Origin: an uncultured cyanobacterium
GTDB lineage: Bacteria > Cyanobacteriota > Cyanobacteriia > Cyanobacteriales > Cyanobacteriaceae
Assembly: GCA_963749915.1 (NCBI GenBank)
Contig: CAVVOP010000032.1
Coordinates: 64,001 to 128,000, forward strand
Direction of reading: 5' to 3'
DNA: 64,000 bases
Numbering within the stretch: the first letter of the stretch is position 1; every line of letters starts with the position of its first letter. Positions 30,598 through 39,400 of the stretch are shown piece after piece. The position numbers were made by a program, and so were the translations under genes. The notes beneath the pieces were generated by a model that was not told the origin of the DNA, did no database searches, and saw only the letters and a program-made list of their open reading frames with translations.

Positions 30598-33561
30598 ATG
30601 TTTTCTCTGTATGAACCCCAAAATACCTCGATTCTTGAAGCACCTATAGAAAATTCATATGTCTACCCCTTTGACGGCGGCTATAATAATTTGGCTTACG
30701 TCGACTGGGGAATCGCCAACAGTCCACTCTTAAATATGGCCCCTTTGGCTTATGAAGATGAATATTCAACCCCGACCGGGAGCGATCGCCCTAATCCTCG
30801 AGTAATCAGCAATGCCCTCGCCCAACAAAATGAAAGTATCCCTGATCCACGGGGACTGACTAATTTTATTTGGGCTTGGGGACAATTTCTTGATCATGAT
30901 TTAGACCTAACTCCAGAACTATCTTACGAGGAAGCCTCTAGCCAAGACCGATTCATTAACATTCCCGTACCCGCTGGCGATCCTTACCTTGATCCATCAG
31001 GAACAGGCACCATGACCATCGAGATGCGGGATACTGTGTACATGGAAGGCACTGGCACTGATACGGAAAATCCTCGCCAATTGCCTAACATCGTCACCAG
31101 TTGGCTGGACGGCTCTCAAATCTACGGCTCCAGTGAGGAACGGGCTAAGGCTTTGCGTACTCTTTCAGGGGGACAAATGCGGGTAAGCGATGGTAATTTG
31201 TTGCCTCTGAATACAACAGGTATGGAAAACGACAATCCCAGCCAACGCCCAGCTGAATCTTTGTTTGCGGCTGGGGATGTCAGGGCCAATGAAAATGTGG
31301 TGCTCAGCTCCATGCATACCCTGTTTATGCGGGAACATAATCGCTTAGCTGAGGAACTTGCGGCAGTCCACCCTGACTGGACAGATGAGCAACTTTATCA
31401 GCGGGCAAGGCAAATCAACATCGCCCAAATACAGAGCATTACTTACAAAGAATATTTACCAACCCTTCTAGGGGTAGATACACTACCAGACTACAACGGC
31501 TATGAACCAACTGTGAATCCTGGTATTAGTCGCACCTTTTCGACGGCGGCTTTTCGGCTAGGGCACACCCAACTCAGCACTGAAATTGTGCGGTTAGATA
31601 ACGACGGCAATGTCATTCCTTCTGGAAATCTCACCCTAGCAGAGTCGTTTTTTCCTGGCAGTGGAGCCTTGCAGGAAGCCGGAATAGATCCGATCCTGCG
31701 GGGATTGGCGGCGTCCGCTAGTCAGCGAGTCGATACCGAAACCATTAATGATGTGCGGAACTTGCTGTTTGGTTTTGGTCCCGCTGCCAGTGCCCGCGAT
31801 CTCTTTGCCATCAATATTCAACGGGGGCGGGCGAATGGTCTATGTGATTACAACACTTTGCGGACAGCCTTTGGGCTGAAACGGGTACAGAGCTTTGCTG
31901 AAATTACCAGTGATCTCGGTAAACAAGCTGCTCTCGAATCCCTGTATAGCTCGGTTGATAACATCGACGCTTTTGTCGGTATGCTAGCGGAGGATTTGCA
32001 CCCTGGTGCCAGTGTGGGAGAAACGGTTGCGGCAGTCCTGGTCGATCAGTTCAGTCGCTTACGGGCAGGCGATCGCTTCTACTACGAAAATCACTTCTCT
32101 CCCAATGAAATCGCCGCCCTAGAAACCATCAAACTCTCAGACATTATCTTAAGGAACACCGATACTCAGGATATTCAAGGCAATGTCTTCCATTCTGGCG
32201 ATATTGAATTGGAGACATTCATCACTCTGCTACCACCTCGTTCCACCTTGGATCTGACCGAGACTATGGATAAGCCTCAGACTTTGACTTTTACCTATAC
32301 CGGGGGGAATCTTCTCCTCACTTCCCAGAAAGAAGACAAAGCCAACCTTTGGGGTACTCCAGATGATGATCCTTTCGCCTACGTCATTGTGGCAGATAAG
32401 GGGAAACCTGAGAAAATCCTAGAGGGTAAGGCTAGCACATACTTTTCTGGGGAGGTAGCTTGGGGAGAACAATTAATTGCCGATGCAGCGATGGCGGAAA
32501 AGAAAAAGTTTAAGTCTGAGACGTTCCTTTTGCTATACGAGGATGAAGCTGCCTATTTGCGGGGGGACAAACCCTTGCAGGTTGCCGAGTATCACACTTC
32601 AGGTTCTCAGCCCATGAGTTTGGGTGATGTTGTGGGCGGCTTTACCCTATCAGGTTATGGTGACAAAAACGGAAAAGAAATAGGCTTACCTGCACCTGTA
32701 ACAGCTACAGCCAATACCGAGGACGACCTTGAGCTTATGGCTGAAAGTCCTCTGCTAGTAACTTATCAGGTGACCAACCCTGGTCAACTTGTCCTAAAAG
32801 CAATTGAGTTATATCCTCAATGGGGAAGCATTCCCCATTGGCTGGGGGGCGATGTCAATGGTAATAATTTACTTGATTCTGGCGAGACTTGGGAATACAT
32901 GGCTCTGGCAACGGCATTGCCAGGACAACAGGAAATCAAGATGGAGGTACAGGCGATCGCTACTAATGATACTGGTATTCCTTTGGGGTTACCCAGCCTC
33001 AAAACCAGTGACTCACTCCATTATACGGGTATGCAGGTGGCTCCTACAGGGGAGATGAGTCAAGTCTTGGGAGAGCTCAAAGCTCTTACCTTTCAATATG
33101 TGGCAACTGATACGGTATTAACAGGAGGAAAGGATAATAACCAAGACGGCAAAGCTAAGATTGAAAGCGGTGAACCTGATGACGATTCCAGTGCCTACAT
33201 TGTGGTTTCCCAGAGCAATAATGTGGAGGACATTAAGAAAGGGGACAAGCCATTGTACTTTGCTGGTACCGTGGAGGTTGGTCAATCTTTCACCGCTAGT
33301 TTAGACTTTGCCAATGAAGACAAGTTCGAGAAAGATACACGGATCTTAGTCTTCGAGGATGAAGCAGCCTTCATTGCTGGTGCTGAGCCACTCCAAGTAT
33401 CTAAATATAAGACCGATGGCTCTCAACCGATGACTATCGGTGATGTCATCGGTGCAGTTCAACTAAGGGAATACCAAGGCACGAATGGGGGATACGATGA
33501 TCCTGAACTTGATCCCCTCACTGGTCAAATTGGCACTGGTTTCTCCGTAATTGGTCTTTGA
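30598..33561 (+). CDS. animal-type heme peroxidase (peroxidase-cyclooxygenase superfamily) fused to C-terminal Ig-like and two HTSxSQP-type domains
   Basis: WGQFLDHDL (distal Gln/His), GDVRANEN (distal Arg), REHNRLA, AFRLGHT (proximal His), NIQRGR, QFSRLRAGDRFYYE. Confidence 0.92.
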   Translation: MFSLYEPQNTSILEAPIENSYVYPFDGGYNNLAYVDWGIANSPLLNMAPLAYEDEYSTPTGSDRPNPRVISNALAQQNESIPDPRGLTNFIWAWGQFLDHDLDLTPELSYEEASSQDRFINIPVPAGDPYLDPSGTGTMTIEMRDTVYMEGTGTDTENPRQLPNIVTSWLDGSQIYGSSEERAKALRTLSGGQMRVSDGNLLPLNTTGMENDNPSQRPAESLFAAGDVRANENVVLSSMHTLFMREHNRLAEELAAVHPDWTDEQLYQRARQINIAQIQSITYKEYLPTLLGVDTLPDYNGYEPTVNPGISRTFSTAAFRLGHTQLSTEIVRLDNDGNVIPSGNLTLAESFFPGSGALQEAGIDPILRGLAASASQRVDTETINDVRNLLFGFGPAASARDLFAINIQRGRANGLCDYNTLRTAFGLKRVQSFAEITSDLGKQAALESLYSSVDNIDAFVGMLAEDLHPGASVGETVAAVLVDQFSRLRAGDRFYYENHFSPNEIAALETIKLSDIILRNTDTQDIQGNVFHSGDIELETFITLLPPRSTLDLTETMDKPQTLTFTYTGGNLLLTSQKEDKANLWGTPDDDPFAYVIVADKGKPEKILEGKASTYFSGEVAWGEQLIADAAMAEKKKFKSETFLLLYEDEAAYLRGDKPLQVAEYHTSGSQPMSLGDVVGGFTLSGYGDKNGKEIGLPAPVTATANTEDDLELMAESPLLVTYQVTNPGQLVLKAIELYPQWGSIPHWLGGDVNGNNLLDSGETWEYMALATALPGQQEIKMEVQAIATNDTGIPLGLPSLKTSDSLHYTGMQVAPTGEMSQVLGELKALTFQYVATDTVLTGGKDNNQDGKAKIESGEPDDDSSAYIVVSQSNNVEDIKKGDKPLYFAGTVEVGQSFTASLDFANEDKFEKDTRILVFEDEAAFIAGAEPLQVSKYKTDGSQPMTIGDVIGAVQLREYQGTNGGYDDPELDPLTGQIGTGFSVIGL

Positions 33562-33683
33562 CACTCTCACCGTTAACCCTACGGGTGTAACGGGAGATTC
33601 TTGGCTCACAGACTCTTAACTAGATTAAACAAGTTTAGTTGCTTAACCCCCGTCAGACCGTCTCCACACACGGTTTGGAAAGT
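33558..33683 (-). ncRNA. orphan IS605-type right end / TnpB omegaRNA-like scaffold
   Basis: Minus strand reads TGTGGAGACGGTCTGACGGGG...CTAGTTAAGAGTCTGTGAGCCAAGAATCTCCCGTTACACCCGTAGGGTTAACGGTGAGAGTGTCAA, the layout typical of tnpB 3' ends; no tnpB ORF adjacent. Confidence 0.7.
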
Positions 33684-34361
33684 TATGAAAATTTCTGGTG
33701 GGAAGGCAGAGGGCAGAAGGTAATAAATTCGTGAAAATTTTCCTTCTGAATTCTAAATTCTAAATTCTAAATTCTAAATTTCCCTAACAATGCCGTTTTC
33801 GGCACTAACCGAGCAGTATTGGTAAGGGTTTCTGTTTTCGTTTTCTCCTTTAAAAGGAGCGGTTAGCCAACTAAATGGACAGAAATCAGAGGATTCCTCC
33901 TTTGTGAAACAATATTGCCTGGGAAGTTTTTCACGGTTTCTAAGGAAAACTTGAACATCGAGTATAAAGTTTCTGTAAAGACTTTATATAAAGATTGTGT
34001 AAAATTCTAGCATTTTTAAAGATTCCGTAAAATACCGGAAAAAACTAGATGTTAAAAAAAAAAGCCTTATACTCAAAAACGAAAATAGGAATTACTTAGA
34101 AAAACTACTTAGGCAGATTACTTACGACAGATCCAAATAAAATTTTTATTTGTGCCATTTGAATGCGATCGCAGCTAATAGTTCAGGTCCTGCGTTGTAG
34201 GCTAATAATGTTGGCTGGAACCTTGTTCAAAGCTTCTAGGGAAACTTGAACATCGAGACAGTCAAGAAAAATGTGTACTCATAACGTATAGTTAACTTTA
34301 AGTAAGTACACTTAACTTTAAGTACGTAAAAAAATTTACTGAATAAGGAATGAAATAGAAG

Positions 34362-37300
34362 ATGGTAAAGATTGGAGGTATTAACCTCGGCAAACTCACG
34401 GAATTTTCGATTTTCGTCTCTGACGGTAGCTCCAAAGCCAAAATTCAATCTTCTTCGCCGGGTTACTCTGGTGATTGGGCGGTCAACGGACTCGTCGCTG
34501 AAGAGGACACTTCTGGCAACTTGGCCTATGGCGGAAACATCTACACGAATGCGACTGGGCCTTCAGCATTCGGGAAATGGCAAGACATCCTGGATAATAA
34601 TGTTGGCCAAGCCTTTGGTGTAACGGGTCAGACAGACCTGATCAATGGCCTCAAATCAACCCTCAATCAGGCGTTCCTGGATATCAATGCGCTACCCGTA
34701 TCTGCTGGATTCAACGGAGTATCAGCTAATTCCCTTAATGGGCTAAATACTACCAATAAGATATCCGAAACTTTTGTTGTTAACATAACCAACTTCAGTG
34801 TCAGTAGTCCGATCAGGATTACGGGCGATCCTGACGATGTCTTCATCTTTCGTTGGGATACGGATGCCAATTTCAGCAATGGTTACGATGGTGAGGTTAA
34901 ATTTTCAGGGGGCAACGGTTTCGTCCCCTTAGGTGGTTTATCTCCCGCTAATTTCATCCACGTTGCCGGGGATATTAACACCTCCGGTGGTGGCAAGCCC
35001 CCCACCGACTTCAATTTTCCCCAGGGTCCCCGCCTCGGCAATGGGCAGGGTGATCTGGTAAGCGGTTCTGAAGATTGGCCTGACAGCCAGGGTGGAGGTT
35101 TCTTTACTGGCTACTGGCTGACCACCGGCAAACCGGACAACGCTCCCGATGCCAACCACTCGGTTTACTGGGGAAAGACTTCAAGCCAGAGCAACGGTCG
35201 AATCGTCGGCGGCTGGTATACCATCACCAATGATTTCACCCTAACATCCGGCACCGCAGCAGTGTATGTTGGTCCCGTCGATTATGGTGATTTACCTCAA
35301 CCCAAGTACAAAACCACTCGGAGCAATAATGGACCAGGCCACGTCATCACCGATACCTTATTCCTGGGCACTAACTTTGACATGGATATTGACCCAGAAG
35401 GGGACGGACAGCCCAATGCTACCGCTACGGGGGATAATCTCGCCAATCTCGACGACGAGACGGCCGTAACCATTCCCACCCTGCTTGCCGGACAGAATGC
35501 AACCTTCAACGTTGAAGTCACGAACAAGACTGGGAAAAATGCCACCCTCTATGGGTTCATTGATTGGAACATGGATGGGGATTTCGCTGACACGGGCGAG
35601 ACGGCAACGAAGATCGTGGCCAATAACACGATGGGGAACGTCACCCTCCCATTCAATGTGCCTGCGAATGCCGTTCTGGGCATGGACTTAGGTGCTCGCT
35701 TCCGCCTCAGTACGGCTACTGGACTGGGACCCACCGATCCGCAAGGAGCCAACGGACCCATCCCCGCACCAGATGGGGAAGTGGAAGACTACCTCGTAAA
35801 GGTACAACAACCTACCGCCAAACTGGGCGACTTCGTCTGGGAAGACCTCAACGCCAACGGCCTGCAAGAAGCGGATGAACCCGGCATCAACGGCGTCACG
35901 GTCAAACTGCTCGACGCCAGCGGTGCAACCCTCCAGACCACCACAACTGGTGCCGGCACCAATGACCCCAACACCCCGGGTGACGAAAGCAACGGCTATT
36001 ACGAATTCAGCGGTCTGACTCCTGGTGTGGGCTACACCGTGATGTTCGTCAATCCAGACGACGAGGGCCCTGATGCCTACATGTTCAGCGAGCCCTTCGC
36101 TCCCACTGGTATGACACCGGCTCAGAACCCAACGACTGACAGCAACGTCATCGATACGATCAATGGCACCACCACTCCGGTGTTCCTCATTCCGGACGAG
36201 TTCGACCGCACCATCGATGCCGGTCTGTTCCGCAAGGGCTCGATCGGGGATTTCGTCTGGAACGACCTCAACGCCAACGGTATCCAGAATGCAGGGGAAC
36301 CCGGCATCAACGGCGTCACGGTCAAACTGCTCGACGCCACCACCGGTGCAACCCTCCAGACCACCACAACTGGTGCCGGCACCAATGACCCCAACACCCC
36401 GGGCGACGAACGCAACGGCTATTACGAATTCACCGGCCTGACTCCCGGTGTGAACTACAAGGTGATGTTCACCCAGCCCGCCGGCTTCAATTCAGTCAGT
36501 CCCTTCCAGGCGGGGAATAATCCCGCCATCGATTCCGATGCCAATCCAGATGATGGCCTGATGTCGGATGTAGTGGTGCTCGAATCGGGGGAATTCAACC
36601 GCACCATCGATGCGGGCTTCTACAACACTGCCAAACTAGGGGATTTCATCTGGGAAGACCTCAACGCCAACGGCCTGCAAGAAGCGGGTGAACCCGGCAT
36701 TAACGGCGTCACGGTCAAACTGCTCGACGCCACCACCGGTGCAATCCTCCAGACCACCACAACTGGTGCCGGCACCAATGACCCCACCACCCCGGGTGAC
36801 GAACGCAACGGCTATTACGAATTCACCGGTCTGACTCCCGGTGTGGGCTACACCGTGATGTTCGTCAATCCAGACGACGAGGGCCCTGATGCCTACATGT
36901 TCAGCAAGCCCTTCGCTCCCACTGGTATGACACCGGCTCAGAACCCAACGACTGACAGCAACGTCATCGATCCGATCAATGGTACCACCACTCCGGTGTT
37001 CCTCACTTCGGGCGAGTTCGACCGCACCATCGATGCCGGTCTGTTCCGCAAGGGCTCGATCGGGGATTTCGTCTGGAACGACCTCAACGCCAACGGCCTG
37101 CAAGAAGCGGATGAACCCGGCATTAACGGCGTCACAGTCAAACTGCTCGACGCCACCACCGGTGCAACCCTCCAGACCACCACAACTGGTGCCGGCACCA
37201 ATGACCCCACCACCCCGGGTGACGAACGCAACGGCTATTACCAATTCACCGGCCTGACTCCCGGTGTGAACTACAAGGTGATGTTCACCCAGCCCGCCGG

Positions 37301-39221
37301 CTTCAATTCAGTCAGTCCCTTCCAGGCGGGGAATAATCCCGCCATCGATTCCGATGCCAATCCAGATGATGGCCTGATGTCGGATGTAGTGGTGCTCGAA
37401 TCGGGGGAATTCAACCGCACCATCGATGCGGGCTTCTACAACACTGCCAAACTGGGGGATTTCGTCTGGCTGGATAAGAACGCCAACGGTATCCAGAATG
37501 CAGGGGAACCCGGCATCAACGGCGTCACGGTCAAACTGCTCGACGCCACCACCGGTGCAATCCTCCAGACCACCACAACTGGTGCCGGCACCAATGACCC
37601 CACCACCCCGGGTGACGAACGCAACGGCTATTACGAATTCACCGGTCTGACTCCCGGTGTGGAGTACAAGGTGATGTTCGTCAATCCAGACGATGAGGGC
37701 CCTGATGCCTATATGTTCAGTCCCCAGTATGCACCCACTGGTGTCGCACCGGGTCAAAACCCAACCATCGACAGCAACGCCGATCCCGAAAATGGCATGA
37801 CAGACATCGTCACCCTTACTTCTGGGGAATTCAACCGCACCATCGATGCCGGTCTGTTCCGCAAGGGTTCGATCCACGCCTTCGGCTTCCTCGATGAGAA
37901 CGGCGACGGCAAATTGAATCACAACGAAGGTGCTTTCCCCGATGATCCGGGCAAGACCCTGGTCCTCCAAGGAGACGTGAACGGCGACGGCATCTCCGAG
38001 ACAGTCACCCAAAAGACTGTGGATGGCATGGCCTCATTCGAAGGGCTGACCCCCGGAACCTATACCCTGAGGGAGTTCCCCATTCCCAACGGCTACACAC
38101 TGACGACGACACCCAACAGACGCACCTTCACCGTGCTCAGCGGCCAGGAACTCGTCTACGCTAATGGAGCGGCGAACCTGCCACCAGGAGATCAGCGCAC
38201 GGAAATCAATATAGGCCGCCGACTACAGTGGGGTAACGCCCCAGAAACAGGGGACCTGGAGATTATCAAGACGGCTAATCGCTACCAAATATCTCCTGGA
38301 GAAAACATAACCTATACTATCACAGTTAGTAACACTGGACAACTCACCGCCACCAATGCTCAGGTGGTAGATATGTTCTCCACCGCCCTGACCAACGTAA
38401 CCTGGACTAGCGAAGCTTTTGACGGAGCCACAAATAATGAGGCCAATGGAAGTGGCGATATTGACGACTTGGTGACCCTGCCATCGGGCAGCCGCATCAC
38501 CTATACAGTCGTGGGTACGTTAGCTCCAGTCAACGAGCTATCTGAATTTAGCCTGTTCGACACAGGGGTTAACGGTACCAACCTAGGTCAGAGCATTACT
38601 ACTCTTAACGGCGTTACAGCTGACGCTTTCTACTACAATGGCCCTGCTGATTATCAGGCCACCAACAATGTCACAGACACTGTCCTCTGGCAACGGAATC
38701 AAAGAAACGATCGCGGACTTGGGGTTATTTCTGATGGCGAGACCTTACCTACAAATAACGGCGATGTCAACGAGATCAGCAACCAGCTAAACAAAGACGT
38801 TCTCCGACTGGCTAAAGCCGATGAAGACCAATGGCGTGCCCTTTGGGTCTCTTCTCTCGATCAAAACGGTACTGGAGGCGCTGAAAAAGGAAGGGTTTAC
38901 TGGTCTAACGATCCTACTCCCAACCTAGATACACTAATAAATGGCGGACAATCATTTGCCTTTGAGTATGGCGACTTCGGCACTAGCGTAGAAGGCAATA
39001 TCCTTACCCTAACCCAGGCATCGGGATTTGATTTGGACGCTGAGTATGTATTCTTCACTGCTGGATTGGGCACAACCGATACTGGTACTAATAACGATTA
39101 CCTTGTCTGGCAAGCAACAACAACATTGACTAACACGGCAATGGTAACACCACCCCCTGGTTTCACCGACAATAACCCTAACAATAACATGAGTACAGTT
39201 ATGACTGAGATTGTCTTCTAA
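34362..39221 (+). CDS. giant surface protein: beta-solenoid-like N-terminus, GEVED domain, 5+1 SdrD B-like repeats, split DUF11 domain
   Basis: GFIDWNMDGDF...ARFRLST...GEVEDY; GDFVW repeats alternating with 816-bp period (36241/37057); ITYTITVSNTG. Confidence 0.88.
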   Translation: MVKIGGINLGKLTEFSIFVSDGSSKAKIQSSSPGYSGDWAVNGLVAEEDTSGNLAYGGNIYTNATGPSAFGKWQDILDNNVGQAFGVTGQTDLINGLKSTLNQAFLDINALPVSAGFNGVSANSLNGLNTTNKISETFVVNITNFSVSSPIRITGDPDDVFIFRWDTDANFSNGYDGEVKFSGGNGFVPLGGLSPANFIHVAGDINTSGGGKPPTDFNFPQGPRLGNGQGDLVSGSEDWPDSQGGGFFTGYWLTTGKPDNAPDANHSVYWGKTSSQSNGRIVGGWYTITNDFTLTSGTAAVYVGPVDYGDLPQPKYKTTRSNNGPGHVITDTLFLGTNFDMDIDPEGDGQPNATATGDNLANLDDETAVTIPTLLAGQNATFNVEVTNKTGKNATLYGFIDWNMDGDFADTGETATKIVANNTMGNVTLPFNVPANAVLGMDLGARFRLSTATGLGPTDPQGANGPIPAPDGEVEDYLVKVQQPTAKLGDFVWEDLNANGLQEADEPGINGVTVKLLDASGATLQTTTTGAGTNDPNTPGDESNGYYEFSGLTPGVGYTVMFVNPDDEGPDAYMFSEPFAPTGMTPAQNPTTDSNVIDTINGTTTPVFLIPDEFDRTIDAGLFRKGSIGDFVWNDLNANGIQNAGEPGINGVTVKLLDATTGATLQTTTTGAGTNDPNTPGDERNGYYEFTGLTPGVNYKVMFTQPAGFNSVSPFQAGNNPAIDSDANPDDGLMSDVVVLESGEFNRTIDAGFYNTAKLGDFIWEDLNANGLQEAGEPGINGVTVKLLDATTGAILQTTTTGAGTNDPTTPGDERNGYYEFTGLTPGVGYTVMFVNPDDEGPDAYMFSKPFAPTGMTPAQNPTTDSNVIDPINGTTTPVFLTSGEFDRTIDAGLFRKGSIGDFVWNDLNANGLQEADEPGINGVTVKLLDATTGATLQTTTTGAGTNDPTTPGDERNGYYQFTGLTPGVNYKVMFTQPAGFNSVSPFQAGNNPAIDSDANPDDGLMSDVVVLESGEFNRTIDAGFYNTAKLGDFVWLDKNANGIQNAGEPGINGVTVKLLDATTGAILQTTTTGAGTNDPTTPGDERNGYYEFTGLTPGVEYKVMFVNPDDEGPDAYMFSPQYAPTGVAPGQNPTIDSNADPENGMTDIVTLTSGEFNRTIDAGLFRKGSIHAFGFLDENGDGKLNHNEGAFPDDPGKTLVLQGDVNGDGISETVTQKTVDGMASFEGLTPGTYTLREFPIPNGYTLTTTPNRRTFTVLSGQELVYANGAANLPPGDQRTEINIGRRLQWGNAPETGDLEIIKTANRYQISPGENITYTITVSNTGQLTATNAQVVDMFSTALTNVTWTSEAFDGATNNEANGSGDIDDLVTLPSGSRITYTVVGTLAPVNELSEFSLFDTGVNGTNLGQSITTLNGVTADAFYYNGPADYQATNNVTDTVLWQRNQRNDRGLGVISDGETLPTNNGDVNEISNQLNKDVLRLAKADEDQWRALWVSSLDQNGTGGAEKGRVYWSNDPTPNLDTLINGGQSFAFEYGDFGTSVEGNILTLTQASGFDLDAEYVFFTAGLGTTDTGTNNDYLVWQATTTLTNTAMVTPPPGFTDNNPNNNMSTVMTEIVF

Positions 39222-39268
39222 CAATCATTTAGTTTGTTATTGGCAATATCTTAGGGAGTCTTTTAAAG

Positions 39269-39291
39269 GCCAGCTGCCATAGCTGGCTTTT
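39269..39291 (+). terminator. probable rho-independent terminator
   Basis: GCCAGCT-gccat-AGCTGGC followed by TTTT, downstream of the 1619-aa gene. Confidence 0.55.
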
Positions 39292-39400
39292 GATAATCGG
39301 TGGTGCAATACTGCTCAGTTAAGGCTAGAATTTATGTTGCGAGGCAATTTTAGAATTTAGCCCCTCAGGGAATCTCTCTGCCTTTCAACTCCTGCCTTCT

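Noticed and set aside
24490..37870. Diversity-generating retroelement template/variable repeat pair
   Set aside because: No reverse transcriptase in the window, and differences between copies do not appear adenine-specific
36636..38012. 202-aa and 234-aa antisense ORFs
   Set aside because: Expected antisense open frames in GC-rich repetitive coding DNA
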